Of a stretch of DNA of 64,000 bases, positions 38,789 through 49,377 are shown piece by piece. The notes beneath the pieces are model-generated. The model had not been told where the DNA came from. It did no database searches and saw only the letters and a list, made by a program, of their open reading frames with translations. Source of the stretch: Pseudomonadota bacterium (GTDB taxonomy: Bacteria; Pseudomonadota; Alphaproteobacteria; UBA1280; RI-95); the NCBI GenBank assembly GCA_016125375.1, contig WGLU01000004.1, positions 82,363 to 146,362 on the forward strand, given 5' to 3'. The position numbers and the translations under genes were made by a program. How positions within the stretch are numbered: position 1 is the first letter of the stretch; each line of letters starts with the position of its first letter.

Positions 38789-39784
38789 TCAGTCTTCCTT
38801 GCCGGAGAGGGGGTGACCCATAGGTTGCGACACGGTTGTGGCGATGTGGTGTTTTTTTGCGGTAATGATGCGCTCGACCATATTGGTGACGCGTTTTGTC
38901 AGCCACATGCGCGCCTGACTGCCGTCAGTGTAATCCGCCGGGCAGAAGTGGTGAACGCGGCCGTCTTCCAGCATCATTTCGGCCTGATCGAAAGCGCGTT
39001 TGCTACTGGGGTCATAAACGGCAAGTGTGCGGCCGCCGTACTGTTTGACCAGCGAGAAGACAGGAATATCACTGATACCGTCGGCCACATAAATCATGTT
39101 TTCGAACGGGACGCGGCGGCTGTCCTGCGGTACGAATGAGTTGACGTTGATTTGCGCGTGGACGTTGCTGCCTTTATTAATCTCGAAAATACAGCGGGTT
39201 TTGGACGTATTGTCGATGACGTAGCCGAGCTGGCTTATCTGCCCGTCGTCAACTGCCGCGCCTTTTGCGGTCTCGTAACCCGGTTGCGCGGGGTGCTCAA
39301 TGAACGTACAGCCCCAGACATCTTTAAAGTACTTGCGGACGGAGCTGCCCTCGAGCATCTCCTGCAAGCCGGTGGAGATGATGTAGTGCTCCAGCTTGAC
39401 CTCGAACCCTTTCTGGGCGGCGTGGTCGGCAGCGACGTTTTTAAGATGGTCGAAAATCTCGTGCACACCGGGGAAGTAGCCGGGCATCTCGTCAATTTTT
39501 GCCCCGAAGCCGCGCAGCATTTTATTGTTCAGGCCTTTGAAAATGCCTTTCTGCACATAAGTCAGCATGTGGTTGAGGTACAAAGTGTCGCCCAGCATGC
39601 GCTGGTGACCTTGTTTGGCGTAGAAGGCGGGAAGGTTATTGGTCTCGCGCCAGAAGTCGCTTTCAGCTACGCCATAGTGCTCGAAAATGGAGGTCTGCAT
39701 GCTGCCTTTAATCAGGGTCTTATCAAAGTCCCAGATAACGGCAATGACTGATTCGCTGAACGGTTGCTGGGTGGGGTGCAGCAT
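38789..39784 (-). CDS. HAD superfamily hydrolase
   Basis: It carries the DxD motif IWDFDKTLI and later HAD blocks. The start was set at MLHPTQ (ATG 39784). Confidence 0.7.
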   Translation of the reverse strand: MLHPTQQPFSESVIAVIWDFDKTLIKGSMQTSIFEHYGVAESDFWRETNNLPAFYAKQGHQRMLGDTLYLNHMLTYVQKGIFKGLNNKMLRGFGAKIDEMPGYFPGVHEIFDHLKNVAADHAAQKGFEVKLEHYIISTGLQEMLEGSSVRKYFKDVWGCTFIEHPAQPGYETAKGAAVDDGQISQLGYVIDNTSKTRCIFEINKGSNVHAQINVNSFVPQDSRRVPFENMIYVADGISDIPVFSLVKQYGGRTLAVYDPSSKRAFDQAEMMLEDGRVHHFCPADYTDGSQARMWLTKRVTNMVERIITAKKHHIATTVSQPMGHPLSGKED

Positions 39785-39952
39785 GGACAGAATCCTTTCC
39801 CTCTGGTATTGTATACAAATAACAGGCAAGCCCGCTCACGGTACCGGATACAGCCTTACCGGTCAAGCAGACAGTCCTTGCCTATGAATGTCAAACCGCT
39901 TATGGTGGGATGCTTAATTTTTGGGCAATCAAACCGCAACCGAGGGGCACCG

Positions 39953-41689
39953 TTGAAAGGGACGCGTTTCACACCGCAGCTACTTGATGACATCCGCGCC
40001 CGCGTGTCGCTGGTAGATGTTGTGCGCCAGACGGTACCACTCAAGCGCAAAGGGCGCAGCTGGTGGGGTTGCTGCCCGTTCCATAACGAAAAATCCCCCT
40101 CGTTCCATGTGAAAGAAGACGAAGGTTTCTACCACTGCTTTGGCTGTGGCGCACATGGTGATGTGATTACCTTCGCACAGGAAACACGCGGTGGGTCGTT
40201 CCCCGAAACTGTTGAATATCTGGCCGGCGTGGCGGGTATCCGTCTGGAGGCGAAGGCGGTTGATCCAGCCCAGCAAAAGCGCCGGGACGATGGGTATGCT
40301 GTCCTTGAAAAAGCAACCGGCTGGTTTGAGAAGCAACTGGGCGGTGAGGCGCTGGCCTATCTGAAAAAACGTGGGTTGTCGGACGAGACGATTAAAACCT
40401 TCCGCCTTGGTTGGGCGCCCGATGGCTGGCAGAACCTGCGTAACTTCCTGACCGATGAAAAGTTCAGCGCCGATATCCAGCGCGAAACAGGGTTGGTGCT
40501 GGAATCTGACAAGGGTAAGGGCGACTATGACCGCTTCCGCGGGCGTGTCATGTTCCCGATTAGCGATTTGAAGGGGCGTCCGATTGCGTTTGGCGGCCGT
40601 GTGCTCGACGGTGGTGAGCCCAAATATCTCAACTCCTCGGAAACGCCATTCTTTAATAAGAGCCAGACCCTGTATGGCCTGCACCTGACCCGCGAGCATA
40701 TCCGCAAGGAAAAAGAGGCACTGCTGGTCGAAGGCTATATGGACGTGGTTTCCCTTTGGAATCAGGGTGTGCGTACAGCAGTTGCGCCGATGGGCACAGC
40801 TGTAACGGAGGAGCAAATTGCCTACCTCTGGCGGTATCACGACACGCCAACCGTCTGTCTGGATGGCGATAAAGCAGGCCGTATGGCTGCGCGCCGCCTT
40901 GCCCGCCGTGTGTTGGGCGTACTGGGGCCAGGTAAAACCTTGCGTTTTGCACTGATGCCGGATGGTGAAGACCCGGATAGCTATGTAAAGGCCAACGGTG
41001 CAGACGCCTTCCGCCGTATTCTGGCCGATACCCTCAGTCTGGAAGAGGTGCTGTGGGAGGAACTGACGGAAGAGCGTGACCTTTCGTTGGGCGAAGGGCG
41101 TGCCGCTGTTGAGTCCGACCTGCGCAACCTGACGCAGGAAATCAAGAACGATACCGTGCGCTATCACATGTTCCGCGCCCTTAAAGACCGCCTGTGGCAG
41201 GGTGGGCAGGGGCAGAACACGCCGCAACGTAAGGTGAGCGCGCCGAAAGTGTCGGTTGACGTTGAACATAACAAACGTATACTCTTGGCTCTCCTGTTGG
41301 TGCGGCCCGATGTGCTGCCCCATGTGGAGGAGGCCTTTGCCCGCGTAACGTATAGCGGTGAACGGGAAAAATCCTTGCAAAAAGCGTTGGTTAGAGCGCT
41401 GGCGGAAAAAAGACTTGAAAAGGATATTCTGGGCACTTATCTACTCAGCACGGGTATAAAACGGGCGGCGGATGAGCTTCTCGCCAACCTTGATGTGGCC
41501 AGCCTTGTAGCGGCTGAGGGTCTAGACGACCAAAGTCTGGACGCTTTACGCGACTACTGGATGGCACTCTGGCATCAGGTGCAGCTCAATCCACGGCGCC
41601 AGCGCGAAAAAAACGCGCTGCTAGATGCGTGCGCCGACGCGATTACCCACGACCGCGATGCTTGGAAAAAGTTAATCCAGGTGCGCTAG
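39953..41689 (+). CDS. dnaG: DNA primase DnaG
   Basis: It carries a zinc-ribbon (CCPFHNEKSPSFHV...CFGCGAHGD) and a TOPRIM domain. The start is proposed at TTG 39953, 7 nt after GAGGGG. The ORF track starts earlier, at 39764. Confidence 0.85.
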   Translation: MKGTRFTPQLLDDIRARVSLVDVVRQTVPLKRKGRSWWGCCPFHNEKSPSFHVKEDEGFYHCFGCGAHGDVITFAQETRGGSFPETVEYLAGVAGIRLEAKAVDPAQQKRRDDGYAVLEKATGWFEKQLGGEALAYLKKRGLSDETIKTFRLGWAPDGWQNLRNFLTDEKFSADIQRETGLVLESDKGKGDYDRFRGRVMFPISDLKGRPIAFGGRVLDGGEPKYLNSSETPFFNKSQTLYGLHLTREHIRKEKEALLVEGYMDVVSLWNQGVRTAVAPMGTAVTEEQIAYLWRYHDTPTVCLDGDKAGRMAARRLARRVLGVLGPGKTLRFALMPDGEDPDSYVKANGADAFRRILADTLSLEEVLWEELTEERDLSLGEGRAAVESDLRNLTQEIKNDTVRYHMFRALKDRLWQGGQGQNTPQRKVSAPKVSVDVEHNKRILLALLLVRPDVLPHVEEAFARVTYSGEREKSLQKALVRALAEKRLEKDILGTYLLSTGIKRAADELLANLDVASLVAAEGLDDQSLDALRDYWMALWHQVQLNPRRQREKNALLDACADAITHDRDAWKKLIQVR

Positions 41690-41783
41690 CGGACGTGAGG
41701 ATCGCCGTCTGAATGATGACGGATACTGAGATTGATTAACTGCGCGCCATAATGGCGACGCAAGTGAGCGAGGAGAGCAATAA

Positions 41784-43793
41784 ATGGCCGAAGAAAAGAT
41801 CCCGATGATGGCTGGTAAGCCTCAAGAGGACGAAGCCTCCAAAAAAATGGCGGCTACGCCGGGCAATTCCGAAGAGACCTTTGCTGTCGATGAGGACGAG
41901 TACGAGGATGATGATGTCGGTACCATTGTCGGCAGTTCCAAGAAGCCGGGCAAAGGCGACGAATCGGACGACTCTCTCCTGAAGGAGCACCCCAGCTATT
42001 TCGGCAAAGGGTCTGAAGACAAAGCCGCTGCAAGCGACGAAGAAGGCCAAACCTACGCTGCCGGCGAAGACTACGGCCGTACAGATGACCCTGTGCGTAT
42101 GTACCTGCGCGAGATGGGCAACGTTGAGCTGCTGAGCCGCGAAGGCGAGATCGAGATTGCTAAACGCATCGAAGCAGGCAAACTGGCCATGAACGACGCG
42201 CTGTTCTCCAGCCCGTACACCTACGCAATGGTGACAGATTACGCTAAAAGCATCCTGTCCGGTGACCGCTACCTGCGCGACCTGATTGACCTGTCGGCTG
42301 CCATGGGCGCAACCGATGAAGGCCCTGAAGGCCTGGGCGATGAAGACGGCGATGTGGACGGTGACGATGTTGTTATCGCCCCGGTCGCTACCAAATCCGC
42401 AGCCAAGGAAGAAGAAGTAACCGAACAACCGGCAGTAGAAGCTGCTGCTGGCGCAGAAGGTGAAGAAGGTTCCGAAGCGTCGGATGAAGACGGCGATGCC
42501 GATGGCGAAACCAGCGAAGAGGACGAGGAAATCCTGTCCCTGGCCGCAATGGAAGAGGCGTTGATGCCTGCCATGGTGCCGCTGTTCGAGCAAATCATCG
42601 ATAAGGGTTCCGCACTGGCTGAACTGGATGCCAAACGTCTGGCTGAAGGGACAACGGCTGCCGAGTTCAAAAAGCTGAGCAAGGCACATGATGTCCTGAC
42701 CGACGAGCTCAAAGAGCTGATGGCCGGTATTCACCTGAATAACCTGCGCATTGAGCAGCTGGTTGGCAAAATGTACGAAACCTCACGCAACATTACCCGT
42801 ATGGAAGGGGAAATGATGCGCATGGCAATTGAGGCAGGCCTCTCCCGCGAGGAGTATCTGAAGGTCTACCTGGCTGCCAACCCGGATGAGAACTTCCTTG
42901 ACGGCGTGTCCTCCAAAGGCGCTGCATGGGCGACTTTTATAGAAAAGTCCGCTGCGGATGTGGATGCCCGCCGCATGGCCATTAAAGACCTGTGCCGCAA
43001 CCTTGGCCTGACGGTCATGGAGTTCAAGGCGCTGGTATCTCTGGTGCGTAAGGGCGAGAAAGAAGCCCGTATCGCCAAGAAAGAGATGGTTGAGGCCAAC
43101 CTGCGTTTGGTTATCTCTATCGCCAAAAAGTACGTCAACCGCGGCTTGCAGTTCCTGGATCTGATTCAGGAAGGCAACATCGGTCTGATGAAGGCGGTGG
43201 ACAAGTTCGAGTACCGTCGTGGCTACAAGTTCTCCACCTACGCAACATGGTGGATTCGTCAGGCCATTACACGCTCGATCGCCGACCAGGCACGCACCAT
43301 CCGTATTCCGGTGCACATGATTGAGACCATTAACAAAATGGCACGTACGCAACGCCAGATGCTGCACGAGATGGGCCGCGAGCCGACCTCGGAGGAGCTG
43401 GCCGAACGCCTGAGCATGCCGGTGGATAAAGTCCGCAAGGTACAGAAAATCGCCAAGGAGCCCATTTCGCTGGAAACACCGGTGGGCGACGAGGAAGATT
43501 CGCACCTGGGTGACTTTATCGAAGACACCAACGCTGTACTGCCGGTAGAGGCTGCTATCCAGAGCAACCTGCGTGACTCCACCACGCGGATTCTGGCAAC
43601 CCTGACCCCGCGTGAGGAACGTGTACTGCGGATGCGCTTCGGCATCGGTATGTCCACCGACCATACGCTGGAAGAAGTGGGCCAGCAGTTCAATGTTACC
43701 CGCGAGCGTATCCGCCAGATTGAGGCAAAAGCGCTCAAGAAACTGCGTCACCCGAGCCGCGCGCGCATGATGCGCTCCTACTCGGAAAATTAA
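41784..43793 (+). CDS. rpoD: RNA polymerase sigma-70 factor RpoD
   Basis: 669-aa ORF with the acidic spacer and conserved regions 2-4 ([19 protein letters not shown] ... [24 protein letters not shown]). Confidence 0.95.
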   Translation: MAEEKIPMMAGKPQEDEASKKMAATPGNSEETFAVDEDEYEDDDVGTIVGSSKKPGKGDESDDSLLKEHPSYFGKGSEDKAAASDEEGQTYAAGEDYGRTDDPVRMYLREMGNVELLSREGEIEIAKRIEAGKLAMNDALFSSPYTYAMVTDYAKSILSGDRYLRDLIDLSAAMGATDEGPEGLGDEDGDVDGDDVVIAPVATKSAAKEEEVTEQPAVEAAAGAEGEEGSEASDEDGDADGETSEEDEEILSLAAMEEALMPAMVPLFEQIIDKGSALAELDAKRLAEGTTAAEFKKLSKAHDVLTDELKELMAGIHLNNLRIEQLVGKMYETSRNITRMEGEMMRMAIEAGLSREEYLKVYLAANPDENFLDGVSSKGAAWATFIEKSAADVDARRMAIKDLCRNLGLTVMEFKALVSLVRKGEKEARIAKKEMVEANLRLVISIAKKYVNRGLQFLDLIQEGNIGLMKAVDKFEYRRGYKFSTYATWWIRQAITRSIADQARTIRIPVHMIETINKMARTQRQMLHEMGREPTSEELAERLSMPVDKVRKVQKIAKEPISLETPVGDEEDSHLGDFIEDTNAVLPVEAAIQSNLRDSTTRILATLTPREERVLRMRFGIGMSTDHTLEEVGQQFNVTRERIRQIEAKALKKLRHPSRARMMRSYSEN

Positions 43794-43846
43794 GCCATCA
43801 AGAGCCCTGCCGAGCGGCAGGGCTCTACCTTTTGGGAAGCCTCGCA

Positions 43847-44533
43847 ATGAAGAATAATTTCGTTCAATCAGCCGTGCGGGTCTATTTGGACTATCAGGAA
43901 ATAATCCTTGGATATGCAGTTATTATGGCCTGCCTCAGCTATTTTTCACTACGTGGCTACGGCACAGCGCATACAGCGCTCCGCAGTGGTTACTGTGCTG
44001 TTGGAATTTGGCTTTACTATGAGGCACACGGCAAATTCCCAAATTTTGGGGCTATCAAGAAAATAGTCTTGCGGCATTTGAAGTGCCTTTGGAAGGCTTT
44101 GATATACGTCTTACCAGTCATGGTGGTTGCGGGTGGATGTAGTCATCTTTTATTGGCAAATATACTTTCAGAAAAGACATCTATAGTGTCTGCGGTTGTG
44201 GCGGTTTTTTTTGTTATGATGCGCGTTATTGTTAAAAATGGCCTCATTGCATTTGCAGCCTTTTATGCGCCGTCCAAAACATATCAGGAAATAGCTGAAC
44301 TGATTCAGCCATTCTTGCCAGTTGTTGTAAAATATCAGATGGTTATCGCGGCTCTCAACATTTTTGTTATGTTGTCATACAACTCTGTCAGTCATTATCC
44401 CGGTGTTATGAATGTAGTTATCAACATTGGTCTAGCAGCGTGGGGCACGTTACTTGGTATTACGTTCTATGTGATCTCAATAGTTGTTATGCGATGGATT
44501 GGTTTGGCAGAGGATGTGCAGGATGCTGGATAA
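43847..44533 (+). CDS. Hypothetical polytopic membrane protein encoded by a low-GC segment
   Basis: Five to six hydrophobic helices. The local GC is about 42%, against about 58% in the flanks. The start was chosen at ATG 43847, which has a GGGAAG ribosome-binding site (a TTG at 43832 is also possible). Confidence 0.55.
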   Translation: MKNNFVQSAVRVYLDYQEIILGYAVIMACLSYFSLRGYGTAHTALRSGYCAVGIWLYYEAHGKFPNFGAIKKIVLRHLKCLWKALIYVLPVMVVAGGCSHLLLANILSEKTSIVSAVVAVFFVMMRVIVKNGLIAFAAFYAPSKTYQEIAELIQPFLPVVVKYQMVIAALNIFVMLSYNSVSHYPGVMNVVINIGLAAWGTLLGITFYVISIVVMRWIGLAEDVQDAG

Positions 44534-44634
44534 ACCCCACTTCGGCGGGGTTGTTTTTGGGGTGTAAATCGTATACAAAGGGCCGGAATCCCTTTCCTCC
44601 CGTTTTCACGACTTAGATACAAGGAACGCATCAC

Positions 44635-45228
44635 ATGCGGAACTTTCTGCGCGTTGGCGCCCTGATGGGCGTGCTGATGAGTGCTCTGTTGCTCGCCGGT
44701 TGCGGTGAACGCCCGACCGAAACCCGTGCCATCGACGCCAACGGCACCAAGGTGAGCGCTTCGCAGCTCATCACCATGGATGGACTGGACGAGAAGAACG
44801 TCAACACCCCGAACAAGGTGACGATGGCGTATACCGATGCCAAGGGCGAAGCCCGGACGGTGACGGTGAGCCTCATCTACTCCGACGAACTGCTGTACAC
44901 CTACGTCAACAAGGACGGCACGCTGGTCGACCGTATGCGCCGCGGCGCCGGCGAGCAGCTGCGTAAGGCCCTCATCCCCGAGGGGCTGCGCGACGCGGCC
45001 AACGGCCTGCGGAGCGAGCTTTCGGACGTGGAAGTGCTGATTTCGGCCAACCGGATGCACTATCTGGGCCGTAAGGGCAAGGATACCTACCGCCTTGTGC
45101 TGCCGAGTGGCACCAAGGCGCGGCTGGTCCTTCTGACCTTGCCGTCCGAGGGCGTGCATGCCACGTTCAGCGTCGTGCTGGACCATAATGGCCACACCTT
45201 CGACGTGCCGACCGAAATCCTGAACTGA
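44635..45228 (+). CDS. Hypothetical lipoprotein
   Basis: It has a signal peptide with an LLAGC lipobox, normal GC, and no known motif. Confidence 0.55.
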   Translation: MRNFLRVGALMGVLMSALLLAGCGERPTETRAIDANGTKVSASQLITMDGLDEKNVNTPNKVTMAYTDAKGEARTVTVSLIYSDELLYTYVNKDGTLVDRMRRGAGEQLRKALIPEGLRDAANGLRSELSDVEVLISANRMHYLGRKGKDTYRLVLPSGTKARLVLLTLPSEGVHATFSVVLDHNGHTFDVPTEILN

Positions 45229-45233
45229 CCGAG

Positions 45234-45267
45234 CGAGAACCCCCGCCATGTACGGGGGTTCTTTTTA
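45234..45267 (+). terminator. Rho-independent terminator
   Basis: The hairpin gagaacccccg-ccatgta-cgggggttct followed by ttttat. Confidence 0.7.
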
Positions 45268-45357
45268 TGGTTGCAGGACAGCAGCAGAAAAAGCCTATAA
45301 TTACGGAACAACAAGGCACATATAAAGAAGTGCCGTACAAGAATAAGGGACGGGTGA

Positions 45358-46509
45358 ATGCTGGAAAAGGTGTTGTGCGCCTTGGGCGCTACGGGAATTG
45401 CCGCGAGCATGGCCCTTTCGGCTTTTGCAGCTGATGCCCCTTGTACGCTCCCCGCACCTGCCGAACCCAAAATGGGCCGCCACGGGAACGAGGTCTGGCA
45501 CGATGAGCGCCTGTGGACCCAGCCGCAAGGCGAAGAGCGGGGGCCTGTCGCAATTCCGGATGGCTGGATACCCCTCGGGCAGGACCATGTAGAAGGAAAC
45601 TGCGCCTATTTTCCAGAGGAACAGGGAATCCTGTTCATCAACCCGCAGCAGTTTACCGATATCAAGCTGGAGGTAGAGGGCGCCCCGTTCTTCTACCGTG
45701 TGTATTACCTGCCGGAAACACAGGGTAATGTTATTGGCAGTGTCCTGTCGTGGCTGGCCATGCTGACAGAGCGTGTTCTGCCTGTATTCCCTAAAGGTGT
45801 GGGCGACCCGCGACCCTTTGATGTTCTGGTTACATCCGGCATGACGGGCAAAGAGGGAGATGTGCCGGAAAATATGGTTTTCCCTGCGCCAGGGATTCAT
45901 TTGCTGGTCGTATCCCGTCCACTGGATGGGGACAGGGCGCACCAGTTACTGGCACATACGCTGGTCCATATTTTCAACCGCTACCATATGCCGCAGGATT
46001 TTCACCGGTTTGAACAGGACCCGACGCTCAGCATCATCATGTATCAGGAGATGGTGGCTACATGGTTCGAGTTTGTGACAGCACGTACACCTGCGGAACG
46101 TAACGCATTACTGGATAAGCTTTGGGTCAACTATAACGCCGCTATGGACGGTCTGCCCCATACCAAGCCGGAAGCACCAACGCTGATGACAGCGCGGCAT
46201 TTCCCCGAGCGGCCCACGCGCAGCATGATGACGCAGATAAAACCGGTAAAGGTTTTCTATGAATACTACGTAATGCCCCTGATTGCGTTGGCGCTGGATG
46301 AAGCCATGCATAGGCTGGACCCGGAGAAGAGCATCAAAGATTTGTTCCAGTCGATACATGATGGTACATACGCGACTTTTAGTGATGCTGTGGCAGGGTG
46401 GCTGGGAAGTGATGAGCTGGCGCAAGTCCGTCGCTGGCTGGATGAGGGCGTTCTGATACCGGAAGAAGACGTCAGAAATGCTGTTGAGCGTCTTAACCAG
46501 CCTTCCTGA
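45358..46509 (+). CDS. Exported protein of unknown function, paralog A of a 4-member family in this window
   Basis: It has a signal peptide (SAFA|ADAPC). It shares the blocks W-DD/E-L, P-GW-x-G-x5-EG-CA-FP and H-x3-H-[IL][FY]N with ORFs 55085, 56290 and 58071. Confidence 0.6.
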   Translation: MLEKVLCALGATGIAASMALSAFAADAPCTLPAPAEPKMGRHGNEVWHDERLWTQPQGEERGPVAIPDGWIPLGQDHVEGNCAYFPEEQGILFINPQQFTDIKLEVEGAPFFYRVYYLPETQGNVIGSVLSWLAMLTERVLPVFPKGVGDPRPFDVLVTSGMTGKEGDVPENMVFPAPGIHLLVVSRPLDGDRAHQLLAHTLVHIFNRYHMPQDFHRFEQDPTLSIIMYQEMVATWFEFVTARTPAERNALLDKLWVNYNAAMDGLPHTKPEAPTLMTARHFPERPTRSMMTQIKPVKVFYEYYVMPLIALALDEAMHRLDPEKSIKDLFQSIHDGTYATFSDAVAGWLGSDELAQVRRWLDEGVLIPEEDVRNAVERLNQPS

Positions 46510-47908
46510 TTTTTGCAAAGGCCGCCAGCGCACGGTCGCGGGTAGCCTTTAGGTCTATACAGGGACGGGGATATGTTGTGCCCGGCATAATCCCTGCCTG
46601 GAGCAGAATATCCTTGGGAGCCTCCCAAGGGGCGTGAATATAGCGTGTATCCAGTTTTGCCAGCTCTGGTACCCAGCGGCGCACATAAGTGCCATCAGGG
46701 TCGAACTTCTGCCCTTGCAGGACTGGATTAAAAATGCGGAAGTAAGGTGCCGCATCGGCACCGCAGCCAGCCACCCACTGCCATGAGGCACTGTTGTTAG
46801 CCAAATCGGCATCGACCAGTGTATCCCAGAACCACTTTTCCCCCTCTTGCCAGGGAATAAGCATGTTTTTAACCAGCATGGACGCAACAAGCATGCGCAC
46901 ACGGTTATGCATGTACCCAGTGTGCCAGAGCTCGCGCATGCCAGCGTCAATAATGGGGAATCCTGTCTGGCCGCGCTGCCAACGGGTAAGGTTTTCTGCA
47001 TAGTCAGCTTGCCAGGGAAATGCTGCAAACTCAGTGCGCAAGGGAGTATCGGGCAGGCTAGGTGTATGCGTGAGCAGATGGGCTGAGAACTCCCGCCATG
47101 CAAGCTCTGAGAAGAACTTGTCCGCCTGTTGGCCGAAATTGGGGGACTTTTCCACTTCCTGTTTGATGCGGTGCCAGACCCTTATTGGGCTGATTTCGCC
47201 GAAGTGAAGGTGCGGTGACAAGCGAGATGTGCCTTGGACTGCTGGCAGGTCGCGGCTGTCTGCGTAGCGGGGCAGTGTATTGGCAATAAAGGCCTCCAGG
47301 CGGTCATCGGCCGCGGCTTCGCCTGCTTGCCAGTGTTGGGCAAGGCCGCTGTCCCATTTGATTCTGGGCAACAGGTCCAGAGCGTCCAGAGGGAGAGCTT
47401 TATTGTCCCTCAGGCAGGTTGGTTGACAGGTTGGCAGTGACGTGCGCATGGGGAGAGTTTGCAGCGCACGCCAGAACGGTGTGAAGACTTTAAACGGCTC
47501 TCCGGACTTGTTTCGTACGTCACACGGTTCCTGTAAAAGGGAACCGTTGAAACTTTCCACCTGAACACCCTGTTGGCGCAGTGTTGCTTTAAGGCTGGTA
47601 TCCCGTTGAATGGCAGCAGGTTCGTAGGTCCGGTTCCAGTAAAGATGTGTAACGCCCAAACGTTTGACGAGGTTGCGGATGACCTCTGCAGAATCTCCGA
47701 TGTAGAGATTCAGGTTACCGCCGAGTGCGTGCGTGAAAGCATGAAGGCTGTGATGGAGCCACCACTTGCTTGCACCACCAACCGCCCAAGGCTGAGCTGT
47801 GTCATGAATATAGACCACATAAACGGGCATACCGCTCTTGGCAGCAGCATATAGGGCCGGGTTATCGGTCAGGCGCAGGTCATTGCGCATCCATACAAGA
47901 GCGGGCAC
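46493..47908 (-). CDS. phr: Deoxyribodipyrimidine photolyase / cryptochrome family
   Basis: It has a photolyase N-terminal alpha/beta domain and an FAD-binding C-terminus (WREF, ASWQWVAGCGADAAPYFRIFNP). Confidence 0.85.
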   Translation of the reverse strand: MPALVWMRNDLRLTDNPALYAAAKSGMPVYVVYIHDTAQPWAVGGASKWWLHHSLHAFTHALGGNLNLYIGDSAEVIRNLVKRLGVTHLYWNRTYEPAAIQRDTSLKATLRQQGVQVESFNGSLLQEPCDVRNKSGEPFKVFTPFWRALQTLPMRTSLPTCQPTCLRDNKALPLDALDLLPRIKWDSGLAQHWQAGEAAADDRLEAFIANTLPRYADSRDLPAVQGTSRLSPHLHFGEISPIRVWHRIKQEVEKSPNFGQQADKFFSELAWREFSAHLLTHTPSLPDTPLRTEFAAFPWQADYAENLTRWQRGQTGFPIIDAGMRELWHTGYMHNRVRMLVASMLVKNMLIPWQEGEKWFWDTLVDADLANNSASWQWVAGCGADAAPYFRIFNPVLQGQKFDPDGTYVRRWVPELAKLDTRYIHAPWEAPKDILLQAGIMPGTTYPRPCIDLKATRDRALAAFAKIRKAG

Positions 47909-47967
47909 AGTGATGAATCCCTAGGTGTATTATTTAAAAACCGGGCGGGTTAACCCCGCCCTTTTTA

Positions 47968-49287
47968 TTAAGCCGTATCCATATGCAGGTCAAAGTGCAC
48001 GTGCGGCGAGCGGTACACCGGTACATCGTACAGGCGGATAAGCTCCATGGTGTTGGCATCTACAAGGGCAACACCGCGATAGGTATCACTGATGAGCATA
48101 TACGGTGTGCCGGGAACAGCATCAACGCCGCGGCAGGCAGTAATACCGTAACGGAAGCAATCAACTGCCTCGGACTTGTCGTTTTTGTCCACGGTCACGA
48201 CAGTATTGGAGTAGGTGAAGGTTGCAAAAACTTTCTCCGCCTGTGGTTGATAGGCCACTGACTGCGAGCGACGGTTATCCCGGTTGGAAATGAGGTATTT
48301 TTTTACCTCGCCCGTTTGTGGGTTGATGCGCAACAGCGGCAGGGGCACCGCAACACGGCGCTCCTCGCGAGCGGCAGGGTCCAGCTCGTAGTCGTATTCC
48401 GCACCGGTCAGCTCCTGCAGCTTTTGGATGGCAGAAAGTGCCCCTTTGGCGCCCCCTTTGCTAAACGGCACATACTGGTTGCTGACGGCAAAAACGTTCC
48501 CGTTCTTATCCACATCCATGTGCGTCAGGATGGCGTTGAGGTCTTCCTGAATATAGTGGCGCAGGGGTTTGAGTGTTTCTGCGTCGTAAACAATCAGCTG
48601 TGGCTGCATAATGTTGAAGTAGTACGGGTATGTTTTGGGCTGCAAACTGCGGGAGATTTCACCGTAGTGGGTGATGACGATTTCTTTCCCGTTAGGCAGC
48701 AGGCGAATCTCGTGCGGGTGAATGCCGCCGCTCGGCAGTTGGTCGAGTTTCTTCAGTGTGGTGAAGTCATAGATTTCCAGAATGCCATGATCTTCGGCCT
48801 TTTGAGCGCGATGCATACGGGCCGGCAAAATAAAGATGCCTTTTTTCTCGTCCGCGTATCCGTGGCCACCGTAAACATAGCCATCAGGCGCCGTCATGAC
48901 TTGTATGACTTCCAGATCGCTGCTCAGCACCATACACAGTTTGTTGTGGTGGGCGATGCAGACAATGCGGTTACTGCTGCCAAGGCGCATGGCATGGTGG
49001 CCGTCCGGCATGTCCAGAATCTGCTGGCGAAACGCCCCTGTTTCCAAATCTGTTACCGTGATAAGGGAGCGGTCACGGGCGGGTGCATGGGCGATATCCT
49101 TGAAGTTATCCGGGTGATAGACACCGAGCGTACCCAGTGTCAGGGCAAGGCCCTTAAGTTTGAAGGGCTCCGAAGCCTGTGTCTTGACCAAATCGCCCTC
49201 TACGGCATGCGCAGATTTGCCAAGCATTGTGGCGCTGGCGAGGGCTCCCCCAAGTCCGTAAATTAATGAGCGGCGTGTTGTCTTCAT
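47968..49287 (-). CDS. Tat-signal DUF1513-like protein
   Basis: It has a twin-arginine signal (TRRSLIYGLGGALASA) and is paralogous to 49958..51214. Shared blocks include GGIHPHEI, ITHYG and YxGHGYxD. Confidence 0.7.
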   Translation of the reverse strand: MKTTRRSLIYGLGGALASATMLGKSAHAVEGDLVKTQASEPFKLKGLALTLGTLGVYHPDNFKDIAHAPARDRSLITVTDLETGAFRQQILDMPDGHHAMRLGSSNRIVCIAHHNKLCMVLSSDLEVIQVMTAPDGYVYGGHGYADEKKGIFILPARMHRAQKAEDHGILEIYDFTTLKKLDQLPSGGIHPHEIRLLPNGKEIVITHYGEISRSLQPKTYPYYFNIMQPQLIVYDAETLKPLRHYIQEDLNAILTHMDVDKNGNVFAVSNQYVPFSKGGAKGALSAIQKLQELTGAEYDYELDPAAREERRVAVPLPLLRINPQTGEVKKYLISNRDNRRSQSVAYQPQAEKVFATFTYSNTVVTVDKNDKSEAVDCFRYGITACRGVDAVPGTPYMLISDTYRGVALVDANTMELIRLYDVPVYRSPHVHFDLHMDTA

Positions 49288-49377
49288 GGTCTTTCCCCTG
49301 TTTCCGGAATCGCTTCTGTTTCTCTTAGTTTCTTATGGCAGGCAACGTTAGTGAAAATCCCTCTGTTCCTGACGGTT

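Noticed and set aside
39980-41380. 466-aa minus-strand ORF
   Set aside because: It is antisense to dnaG, which has a zinc-ribbon and a TOPRIM domain.
41736-43847. Two long minus-strand ORFs (332 and 354 aa)
   Set aside because: They are antisense to rpoD.
46493-46509. 17-nt convergent overlap between exported paralog A and photolyase
   Set aside because: This is a trivial 3'-3' overlap with no functional implication. Both stops are well supported.
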